NCBI GenBank assembly: GCA_949289005.1
Contig: CASEMQ010000067.1
Location: 128,365-192,364 of the forward strand
DNA length: 64,000 bases
Source of the DNA: an uncultured Lentisphaeraceae bacterium
GTDB taxonomy: Bacteria; Verrucomicrobiota; Kiritimatiellia; RFP12; DVOR01
Direction of reading: 5' to 3'
Numbering within the stretch: the first letter of the stretch is position 1; each line of letters opens with the position of its first letter. Both the position numbers and the translations under genes were made by a program. This document shows, one piece after another, positions 25,402 to 33,755 of the stretch. The notes under the pieces are model-generated. The model was not told the DNA's origin, ran no database searches, and saw only the letters and a program-made list of their open reading frames with translations.

Positions 25402-27375
25402 ATGTCCAAACGTCTCCCGCTCCTGCTCTTGGCCTGCGCACTCTTCGCCGGCACACTCGCCGCGCGTGAAACCATCCCCCTGAACGATGGCTGGCGTTTC
25501 CGCTACGGCTGGAACTTCGCGGGCCCCAAATGGACGCCCGTCACCCTCCCCCACACCTGGAACACGGCCGATGCCGAGGGCGACCACCCCTACACGCGCA
25601 CGCTCGGCATCTACAAACTCAGCCTCAAAACCCGCCCCGAGTGGAAAGGCAAACGCGTCTTCCTCCGCTTCAAGGGCGCCGCCACCGTCGCCGACGTCAT
25701 GTTCAACAACGTCTGGCTCGGCCAGCATCGCGGCGGCTACACCGCCTTCTGCCACGAGCTCACCCCCCACCTGCCCCCTGCCGGCAAGAGCGCCGAGCTC
25801 CGCGTCCGCGTCTCCAATGCCGAAACCTCCGACGTCCTCCCCCTCGCGGGCGACTTCAACATCTTCGGCGGCCTCTACCGTGGCGTCGAGCTCATCGTCA
25901 CCGACCCGGTCTGCGTCAGCCCGCTCGATCACGGCTCCTCCGGCATCCGCATCCGCCAAGAGGCCCTTTCCGATACCGAGGCACGCCTCGCCGTCACCGT
26001 TGCCCTCGCCAACCCCACCGGCCAGCCCCAGACCGTCACCCTCGACGTCGCCGGCAAAACCTTCTCCGCCGCCGGCGTCGACTGCGTCACCATCCCCGTC
26101 ACAATCGCCAAACCCCGCCGTTGGGACGGCGTCGCCGACCCCTTCCTCTACACCCTTACCGCCAAAGTCGGCGATGATGCCGTCACCCAGTCCTTCGGCG
26201 TGCGCGACATCCGCTTCGACCCCGGCAAGGGCTTCTTCCTCAACGGCCGCCACCTGCCCCTCCGCGGCGTCTGCCGCCACCAGGAATGGGAGGGCAAACT
26301 CGCCGCCCTCGCCCCCGAAGACCATCTCCGCGACGTCGAAATCATGCGCGACATGGGCGCCAACGCCGTCCGCCTCGCCCACTATCCCCAAGCCGAGGAA
26401 ATCTACGATGCCTGCGACCGCGCCGGCCTCGTCGTCTGGGCCGAAATCCCCTTCGTCGGCCCCGGCGGCTACGACGACGAAGGGTACGTCCCCTCCGATC
26501 GCCTCCACGAGAACGCCCGCCAACAGCTCATCGAGATGATCCGCCAGCACGGCAACCACCCCTCCATCGTCACCTGGGGCCTCTTCAACGAGCTCCGCAT
26601 GGCTCCCAACCCCGTCCCCTTCCTCAAAACGCTCAACGCCCTCGCCAAACAGGAAGACCCCACCCGCCCCACCGCCGCCGCCTCGAACCTCGGCAACGAC
26701 GCCCCCCTCACCTTCGTCACCGACCTCATCGCCTGGAACCGCTACGACGGCTGGTACGGCGGAATGCCCAAGAACCTCGGCGCCTTCCTCGACGCCACCC
26801 ACAAAAAACATCCCAAACTCTGCATCGCCATCAGCGAATACGGCGCCGGCGCCTCCGCAAAACACCACGAGGAACCCATCCGCAAGCCCAACGCCGGCGG
26901 TATGTTCCACCCCGAAGCCTGGCAGACCGAATACCACATCCTCAACTGGGCCGAGCTCTCCAAGCGCCCCTACGTCTGGGGCTCCTTCATCTGGAACCTT
27001 TTCGACTTCGCCGCCAGCCACCGCACCGAGGGCGACCGTCACGGCATCAACGACAAAGGCCTCGTCACCCACGACCGCCAAACCTTCAAGGACGCCTACT
27101 TCTTCTACAAGGCCAACTGGCGCGACGACACCCCCGTCCTCCACCTTTGCGAAAAGCGCTTCACCCAACGCAAGGCCGACAAAATCTTCGTCCGCGCCTT
27201 CTCCAACGTCGGCCCCGCCGAACTCCTCGTCAACGGGAAATCTTGCGGCACCGCCACCCCCGACGCCCGCCGCGTCCTCACCTGGAAAGACATCCCCCTC
27301 GCTCCCGGCGACAACCAAATCCTCCTCCGCACCCCCGACGGCAAAACCACCGACTCCTGCCTCTGGCGCCGCTGA
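25402..27375 (+). CDS. Glycoside hydrolase family 2 (beta-galactosidase/beta-mannosidase-like) with a signal peptide
   Basis: Signal peptide MSKRLPLLLLACALFAGTLAA. The sugar-binding start is LNDGWRF. The catalytic region reads NHPSIVTWGLFNE and the nucleophile region reads ISEYGAGA. Confidence 0.8.
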   Translation: MSKRLPLLLLACALFAGTLAARETIPLNDGWRFRYGWNFAGPKWTPVTLPHTWNTADAEGDHPYTRTLGIYKLSLKTRPEWKGKRVFLRFKGAATVADVMFNNVWLGQHRGGYTAFCHELTPHLPPAGKSAELRVRVSNAETSDVLPLAGDFNIFGGLYRGVELIVTDPVCVSPLDHGSSGIRIRQEALSDTEARLAVTVALANPTGQPQTVTLDVAGKTFSAAGVDCVTIPVTIAKPRRWDGVADPFLYTLTAKVGDDAVTQSFGVRDIRFDPGKGFFLNGRHLPLRGVCRHQEWEGKLAALAPEDHLRDVEIMRDMGANAVRLAHYPQAEEIYDACDRAGLVVWAEIPFVGPGGYDDEGYVPSDRLHENARQQLIEMIRQHGNHPSIVTWGLFNELRMAPNPVPFLKTLNALAKQEDPTRPTAAASNLGNDAPLTFVTDLIAWNRYDGWYGGMPKNLGAFLDATHKKHPKLCIAISEYGAGASAKHHEEPIRKPNAGGMFHPEAWQTEYHILNWAELSKRPYVWGSFIWNLFDFAASHRTEGDRHGINDKGLVTHDRQTFKDAYFFYKANWRDDTPVLHLCEKRFTQRKADKIFVRAFSNVGPAELLVNGKSCGTATPDARRVLTWKDIPLAPGDNQILLRTPDGKTTDSCLWRR

Positions 27376-27509
27376 CCGCACCCGCCCACCCTCTTCCCGG
27401 CCATTGGGACTGTGCGCGCCGAGGCGTTTCTCAGGACGCATCGCGCCGTGGCCTTTGTCGCTTTCGTGATTTCCACTTTTGGTATACTGTGCCACATGAA
27501 GGAGTTTGC

Positions 27510-28673
27510 ATGACGAAGAAGACGTGGTTGGCCGGGTGCCTGGTTGCGGCGCTTGTGGCGGCATTTGCGGCGGGGTGTGCGCCGGAAACGCCTGAGCGTG
27601 TTTCCGCGCAGGCGGAGGATGCGTACGCGGCGGGCGATTACGCGAAGGCCATCACCGCCTACGAGCGACTGCTGGCAATGCATGGCGAGGATGCCACGAT
27701 TTACGCGAATCTGGCCTTGGCGGCCCTGGGCGCACAAGACACTGCCTATGCCAAGCGCGCGGCCGAGAAGGCTCTGGCGTTGCAGAACACGGGGCCACAG
27801 GCGGAAACGGCACGTGAGTTGCTGGGAATGGTGGCCGAGGCGGCGAACGACAAGGCCGAGGCAGCGAAGATTTTCCGCGGGCTGACCGATGCCGGAAATC
27901 CGGAGGTGCGGACGCGCGCGCGTTCGCGTCTGGCGCGGCTTTACGCCGAGCAGGGGCGCGTGGATGGCGCGTTGGCGTTGTTGCTGGCGGCGGCCAACGA
28001 GGCACCGACGGACGCGCCCACGCTTTACAACCTGGGCGCGCTGTGCGTACGCGAGCCGTTGCGCCTGCGTCAAGCGGCGCTGGATTATTTTCGCCAGGCA
28101 GAGCGGCTGTTGCCGCAACATGCACGCGAGCGCAAAAAGGCGAGGGATTGGGTGACGCGGCTGGAGGCCAACCTGGCGCGGTTGCGGCAGTTGCCGCCGA
28201 ACGCGGGCGACGCGAAGACATGCGCGGAGCAACTCCGCCTCGCCGATGAGGCGACGGCGAAAAAGCGGTGGCGCAGCGCCGAGACCGCCGCACGCAAGGC
28301 CGCCGAGGCGGATCCATCGAGTTTCGAGGCGGCGTTGGCGTGGGGGCGCGCCGGCGCACGGAACGGCCACCGGGACATCGCGCTCCGGGCCTACGACGCG
28401 GCGCTGGCGCTGCGGCCAGCCTCCGCTGAGGCGCGTGCCGAGGCCGCGCAGTTGGCCTACGACGCCAAGCGCTACGCGGACGCGGCGAACTATCTGCGGC
28501 CGTTGCTGGTCGCCCAACCGCGCAATCGTTTCATCGCGGATCTGATGATGCGGATTTTGACCGCGCAGCGGAAGTTGCCCGACGCGCGGGTCTGGGGGGA
28601 GTTTTATCTGGCGTTGGACGCATCCGCCCCGGACTCCTATCGCAAGTGGGTGCAGAGCCTGCCGAGGGAGTGA
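27510..28673 (+). CDS. TPR-repeat lipoprotein
   Basis: MTKKTWLAGCLVAALVAAFAAGC is a lipobox, followed by repeated TPR-like AxxYxxAG helices. An AAGGAG ribosome-binding site and a tatact -10-like hexamer lie upstream. Confidence 0.65.
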   Translation: MTKKTWLAGCLVAALVAAFAAGCAPETPERVSAQAEDAYAAGDYAKAITAYERLLAMHGEDATIYANLALAALGAQDTAYAKRAAEKALALQNTGPQAETARELLGMVAEAANDKAEAAKIFRGLTDAGNPEVRTRARSRLARLYAEQGRVDGALALLLAAANEAPTDAPTLYNLGALCVREPLRLRQAALDYFRQAERLLPQHARERKKARDWVTRLEANLARLRQLPPNAGDAKTCAEQLRLADEATAKKRWRSAETAARKAAEADPSSFEAALAWGRAGARNGHRDIALRAYDAALALRPASAEARAEAAQLAYDAKRYADAANYLRPLLVAQPRNRFIADLMMRILTAQRKLPDARVWGEFYLALDASAPDSYRKWVQSLPRE

Positions 28674-28675
28674 GC

Positions 28676-29863
28676 ATGATTGGGATTTCCAAACTGTACA
28701 TGGGGCAGGCCGAGGCCTCCGACCCATTGCGTTACGGACGTTTGAGCGAGAGACTTCCGAGCCATCTCTTGCAGTTCTCCAAGGACAAGAAGCCGATCGT
28801 GGTCTGGAACATCACCCAGCGGTGCAACCTGCGGTGCAAGCATTGCTACGCCGCCGGCACGCCTGACGTCTCGCGCGAACTGACGACGGCGGAGTGCAAG
28901 CGTGCCATCGACGGTTTCGCGGCGTTCGGGTGCCCCGTGGTGCTCTTTTCGGGCGGGGAGCCTTTCGTGCGCCCGGATTTGCTGGAGTTGGCCGCCTATG
29001 CCCGCGAAAAGGGGCGGCGCGTGGTCTTCTCCACCAACGGCACACTCATCACGCCGGACATCGCGGCGCAGATCAAAGCCATCGGCGCCAGTTATGTGGG
29101 GATCAGCATTGACGGCGTGCGCGAGACGCACGATGCCTTTCGCGGCGTGGCGGGGGCGTACGATCGGTCGCTCGCGGCCATCCGCGCGTGTCGCGAGGCC
29201 GGCGTGAAAGTGGGGCTGCGCGTCACGCTCACGCACGCGAACGTGCGCGAGATCCCCGCCATCTTCCGGCTGATGCGCGAGGAGCATATCCCGCGCATCT
29301 GTCTCTACCATCTTGTCTACGCCGGGCGTGGGGCAAATCTGCGGGCGGACGATTTGACGCACGCGGAGACGCGCGCGGCGGTGGACGCCATCATCGACGA
29401 GACGCGTGCGGCCTTTGAGGCCGGCCATCCGCTGGAGGTGCTGACGGTGGACAACCACGCGGACGCGCCGTATCTGTGGTTGCGGATGTGCCGCGAGAAA
29501 AGCCCGCGCGCGGACGACGTGCTCCGCCTGCTCCGTATGAACGGCGGCAACTCCAGCGGCAACGGCCTTTCGTGCGTATCGTGGGACGGCACGGTCTATC
29601 CCGACCAATTCTGGCGCGACAAGCCGCTCGGGAACGTCCGCGAACAGCCCTTCGGCGCGATTTGGGGAAACCCGCCCGCTGGGTCGCTCTTGGCGCGGCT
29701 GCGCGAGAAGCCGCTGCACGTCACGGGGCGGTGCAGGCGGTGCCGCTTCCTGTCACTGTGCGGGGGGAACTTCCGCGCGCGCGGCGAGGCCGCCACGGGA
29801 GACGTCTGGGGGGAAGACCCGGCGTGTTATCTGACGGACGAGGAAATCGCGGGCACGTTGTAA
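28676..29863 (+). CDS. Radical SAM / SPASM-domain enzyme of the AhbD/NirJ-like family
   Basis: The CNLRCKHCY CxxxCxxC cluster follows IVVWNITQR. A C-terminal Cys-rich SPASM-like region reads GRCRRCRFLSLCGG...DPACY. Confidence 0.7.
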   Translation: MIGISKLYMGQAEASDPLRYGRLSERLPSHLLQFSKDKKPIVVWNITQRCNLRCKHCYAAGTPDVSRELTTAECKRAIDGFAAFGCPVVLFSGGEPFVRPDLLELAAYAREKGRRVVFSTNGTLITPDIAAQIKAIGASYVGISIDGVRETHDAFRGVAGAYDRSLAAIRACREAGVKVGLRVTLTHANVREIPAIFRLMREEHIPRICLYHLVYAGRGANLRADDLTHAETRAAVDAIIDETRAAFEAGHPLEVLTVDNHADAPYLWLRMCREKSPRADDVLRLLRMNGGNSSGNGLSCVSWDGTVYPDQFWRDKPLGNVREQPFGAIWGNPPAGSLLARLREKPLHVTGRCRRCRFLSLCGGNFRARGEAATGDVWGEDPACYLTDEEIAGTL

Positions 29864-29870
29864 GGGCGCC

Positions 29871-30374
29871 ATGGATACGATGAGCGTGGCCATCGGTGGG
29901 TTTGTGTTGCTCTTTGTCCTGCGGGGGGCATGGCATGGGCTTTCGGGCGAGCTGGCGCCGTTGGCGGGGTTGGTGGCGTGCGGGGGCGTGCTGTGGTTTG
30001 GCTACGCGCCGCTGCACGCGATGGTCGCGCGGCTGGCGGTGGAGCCGGGGGCGGCGGTTTTCTATTCGGCGTTGGGGATTGTCGTGATCGGGTGCGTGGC
30101 CTTTCTGCTTGTGGCCAAGTTGCTCAAGGGTGTGGTGCGGCTCATCTTGCCGCAACCCTTCGATGGCGTGTTGGGCGCGGCCATCGGCGCGGCCAAAGCC
30201 ATCCTGATCGTGAGCGTGGCCGCGGGCGTGGCGACGGTGACGCGCGAGCGCATGACCGGGTTGTTGGACGCCACGGAACGCAACCCCGTGGCCGCGGCTG
30301 CCGGCCGTTTCTGGGCGGAGCGGCTCACCGCCGCCGGCATCCCGAAGCCGGAGGAGGCCCATGCGGGGGATTGA
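29871..30374 (+). CDS. CvpA-family membrane protein
   Basis: A small polytopic protein starting MDTMSVAIGGFVLLFVLRGAWHG, matching the CvpA/colicin V production family N-terminus. Confidence 0.6.
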   Translation: MDTMSVAIGGFVLLFVLRGAWHGLSGELAPLAGLVACGGVLWFGYAPLHAMVARLAVEPGAAVFYSALGIVVIGCVAFLLVAKLLKGVVRLILPQPFDGVLGAAIGAAKAILIVSVAAGVATVTRERMTGLLDATERNPVAAAAGRFWAERLTAAGIPKPEEAHAGD

Positions 30375-32496
30375 CGCCAACGCCTTGGCGGAAATTAAGG
30401 CGCGCATCGACCTGGCCGACCTCATCGATGCCTATGGCATCGACCTGCGGCGTTCGGGGAACAACGCGAAGGCCTGTTGTCCCTTCCACCAAGAGAAGAC
30501 ACCCTCCTTCACCGTCAATTCCGAGAAGGGGTTCTACAAGTGTTTCGGGTGCGGCGAAAGCGGCGATGCCATCACCTTCGTGCAAAAAATGGAGGGGTGT
30601 ACCTTTCTGGAGGCCGTCCGCAAACTCGCCGCGCAGGCCGGGGTGAAGCTGGAGGAAGGCTACGACCCGCAGGCCGCCCTCCGCGCGCGACTCTACCAAA
30701 TCAACCAAGAGCTTGCCGCGTTCTATCGCCGCTGCCTCCTGCAAATCGCCGAGGCGGAGGAGGCGCGGGAATACCTGCGTTCGCGCGACCTGTGGGGCGA
30801 GGCGGTGGAACGCTTCGGCATCGGCTACGCGCCCGCCGTCCGCGGGGCGCTACTCGAGTGGGCCAAGCGCCACGGCTTCGCGCCGGAAGAGTTGGCCGCC
30901 GCCGGCGCATTGGCGCCCCCGCGCCGCCCGGGGGATGGTTTCTACGATCGTTTCCACGGGCGAATCACCTTCCCCGTCTGCGACCCGCAGGGGCGCGTCA
31001 TCGCCTTTTCCTGCCGGCTGTTGCGCAAATCCGAGCGCACGGGGAAATATGTCAATAGCCCCGAGACCGAGATTTTCAAGAAGGCCACCACGCTCTATGC
31101 CTACCATCTGGCGCGGCCCAACATCGCCAAGGCCACCCCGCGCCGCGCCATCGTCTGCGAGGGGCAAATCGACGTGATCCGGTGCCATCTCTGCGGGTTC
31201 CCGACGGCCGTGGCCTCGCAGGGCACCGCCTTCACCGCCGACCATGTGGCGCTCTTGCGTCGGTGCGCCGACGCCGCGGATCTGGTTTTCGACGGCGACA
31301 AGGCCGGCGTCAAGGCGGCGCTCCGCACCATGGGGCTCTTCCTGGCGGCCGGGATTCCCGTGCGCATCGTCTCCCTTCCCGAGGGCGAGGATCCCGATTC
31401 GCTCCTGCGCGGGCAAGGCGCCGAGGCATTCCGCGAATGTCTGGATGCCGCGGAGGATCCCGCGCCCTATCTGGTCCGCCGCCTGCGCGAGCAAGAGTCC
31501 GCCCCCGACGCGATGGATGCCACCATGCGCATCGCCAAGGCCGCCGTGGCCACGGTGATCGACTGCCCCGAGCCCGTCCTCACCGCGCGCTTCCTGCAAG
31601 ATGCCGCCGCCGCGCTTCACCTGCCCGTCGAGACACTCACGGATGACCTGACGACGCTTCGCTCGGATGCCGCCGAGGCGGAGCGTCGCCGCGCCGAGTT
31701 CCGCGCCCGCCAAGAGGAATCCGCCCGCCCCGCGCGCGAACCCGCGCCCGCCGCCGAACCGTCCGCGCCCATCGAGGCCGACTGGGAGGACGAGCCCGAG
31801 GCAACCGCGTTCGACTATCCCGAAGACTTCGCCGAGCCCCCGGCCGCGCCGCCGCTGAGCGCATTGGAGGCCTCGCAAAACCTCGCCGGCGCGCTCTGCG
31901 AGCTCCTGGCGCACCATTTCCACGAGTCTGAGATCATGGCGTGCCTCATCCGCCACCTACCGCCGGCCTTCGTGCACAATCCCTACGCCTCCAAACTTTA
32001 CGATTTGTCCATCGCCGCCTCGCTCGCCCAAGCCCCCACCCTGACGCCTCCCGACGACGACCCGCCCTTCCGCGCCTATCTGGCAACGCTCTTCGCCGAG
32101 CCCGACCGCTTGGCCGCCGGCGGCGAGGACGTCACGCCCCTCACCTACGCCCACGACCTTGTCCGGGCCTACTGGGTGCGCGAGTACGAGCGCCGCACGC
32201 GATTGCTCGACCCCGACTCCATCGAGGCCTTCACGCTCACCCAATCGCGCAAGCGCCTGCAATCCCTGCCATGGGAGGCCGCCGCGCCCTTCATGGACGC
32301 CCTCAACCCCAACCTCGCCGCGCCGCCACGCCCCGCCCCCGACACGCCCAAGGCGCAGGCCGGGCCAGATTTTCCGGAACCGGACACGCCGCCGCCCGAG
32401 GGCACGCCGCCGCCCGAGGAGGCACAGCTGCCCATCCCTCCGCCCGAGCCGACCTGGGAACCCGACGACGCAGGAGACTTCTATGACACCCTCTGA
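30361..32496 (+). CDS. dnaG: DNA primase DnaG with a long low-complexity Pro/Glu/Ala-rich C-terminal tail
   Basis: CHC2 zinc finger CCPFHQEKTPSFTVNSEKGFYKCFGCG. TOPRIM region VCEGQIDVIRC...VFDGDKAG. Confidence 0.85.
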   Translation: MRGIDANALAEIKARIDLADLIDAYGIDLRRSGNNAKACCPFHQEKTPSFTVNSEKGFYKCFGCGESGDAITFVQKMEGCTFLEAVRKLAAQAGVKLEEGYDPQAALRARLYQINQELAAFYRRCLLQIAEAEEAREYLRSRDLWGEAVERFGIGYAPAVRGALLEWAKRHGFAPEELAAAGALAPPRRPGDGFYDRFHGRITFPVCDPQGRVIAFSCRLLRKSERTGKYVNSPETEIFKKATTLYAYHLARPNIAKATPRRAIVCEGQIDVIRCHLCGFPTAVASQGTAFTADHVALLRRCADAADLVFDGDKAGVKAALRTMGLFLAAGIPVRIVSLPEGEDPDSLLRGQGAEAFRECLDAAEDPAPYLVRRLREQESAPDAMDATMRIAKAAVATVIDCPEPVLTARFLQDAAAALHLPVETLTDDLTTLRSDAAEAERRRAEFRARQEESARPAREPAPAAEPSAPIEADWEDEPEATAFDYPEDFAEPPAAPPLSALEASQNLAGALCELLAHHFHESEIMACLIRHLPPAFVHNPYASKLYDLSIAASLAQAPTLTPPDDDPPFRAYLATLFAEPDRLAAGGEDVTPLTYAHDLVRAYWVREYERRTRLLDPDSIEAFTLTQSRKRLQSLPWEAAAPFMDALNPNLAAPPRPAPDTPKAQAGPDFPEPDTPPPEGTPPPEEAQLPIPPPEPTWEPDDAGDFYDTL

Positions 32497-33628
32497 CCCC
32501 GCCCCCGGCTTGGCCGCACTCGAGGCTTGGGGGCTGGCCCGCTGCCCACTGCGCGACCTGCGCCGCCTCGAGCCCGCCGTCGCCCGCCTTTCCGCCGCCT
32601 TCACCGATACGCGCCCCGAGGCCTTCGCCGCCTATCTGGACGACCCGGACAGCCTCACCGCCTACGCGCTCGCCTTCGCGCCGCAGACGTATGCCCGCGT
32701 CCAAGCCGCGCTTGCGGGCATCCTCGCACGGCTCCCGCCCTTTCCGGGGCGCCCGCTCCGTGTGCTCGACCTGGGCTGCGGGCTGGGTTCCGCCGCGCTC
32801 GCCGTGCGCGACCGGTTCCCGGACGCCGAAATCCACGGGATTGACTGGTCGCCCGCCGCGCTCCAAGCCTTCCACGAACTCTTGCCTGGGGCGATTGCCC
32901 GGCGCGCGGACTTCCGCGAAGTCGCGCCCGATGGCCCGTTCGACGTCATCCTCGCCTCCTTCGCCTTCAACGAGGCATTCCCCGACCCCGCCGCCGCGCG
33001 CGCCGCCATCCGCCGCTGGGTCGCCGCGCTCGCGCCGGACGCGCCATCGTTCCTGCTTCTGCTTGAGCCGGCCGACCGCGCGACCGTCCCGCGCCTCCAT
33101 GCGCTCCGTCGCGAATTGGCCGATTTGCCGCTCTATGCGCCCTGTCCGCACGCCGGTCCCTGCCCCCTGTTCCCGGCGCGTGACGGCGTCTGCCACGATG
33201 TCCGCCGCTTCCGGCCCGGCCGCCCGCTGACGTTGCTCTGCCGCCGCCTGCGCCGTACCGTCAGCGACGTGAAGTATGCACTCCTGGCCTTCGGTCACCC
33301 CGGCGGGCCGCAGGCGGACGGCTTTGGCGAGCCGGGCTTCTTGCGAATGGTCGGCCCGATGGACAAGGCCAAGGGCGTGCTCACCTGCCGCGTCTGCATG
33401 GGCGATGGCGCGCTCCGCCGCCTGGAACTCCCGGCCGCCGCGCTCCCCACCCCACGCCGCCACGCCCTGCTCGACCGCCAACGCGGCGATTGCGCCTGGG
33501 TCGAGGGCTCCGCAGACCGTTGCCGCGTCATCGCCAATGGCGCCGTCCAACGCGCGGCCGACCTCCGTTTCACCGACGAGCCCCCGCCGCCGCTCGACGA
33601 TCTCGACGGCTTCTCCTTCTCCGTCTGA
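32483..33628 (+). CDS. Class I SAM-dependent methyltransferase, Rsm22-like (ribosomal small-subunit methyltransferase family), with a C-terminal Cys cluster
   Basis: VLDLGCGLG is the SAM-binding motif I. The C-terminus reads CPHAGPCPL...CHDVRRF. It overlaps the dnaG 3' end by 14 nt. Confidence 0.5.
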   Translation: MTPSDPAPGLAALEAWGLARCPLRDLRRLEPAVARLSAAFTDTRPEAFAAYLDDPDSLTAYALAFAPQTYARVQAALAGILARLPPFPGRPLRVLDLGCGLGSAALAVRDRFPDAEIHGIDWSPAALQAFHELLPGAIARRADFREVAPDGPFDVILASFAFNEAFPDPAAARAAIRRWVAALAPDAPSFLLLLEPADRATVPRLHALRRELADLPLYAPCPHAGPCPLFPARDGVCHDVRRFRPGRPLTLLCRRLRRTVSDVKYALLAFGHPGGPQADGFGEPGFLRMVGPMDKAKGVLTCRVCMGDGALRRLELPAAALPTPRRHALLDRQRGDCAWVEGSADRCRVIANGAVQRAADLRFTDEPPPPLDDLDGFSFSV

Positions 33629-33755
33629 GGCGTTCCACACGCTCGCCGCCACCCGCGTACAACCGCACGCAGGGCAAGGTCTGCGCGTTTTTTTGCCCTT
33701 GCCGCGCCGCCAATTGTGTAAAGTGGGGACGACAACTGGCATAAGGAATAGCCTG

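Noticed and set aside
24049-27564. 1171-aa minus-strand ORF opposite the GT2 and GH2 genes
   Set aside because: Gly/Ala/Glu/Asp-rich low complexity, antisense to two motif-supported genes.
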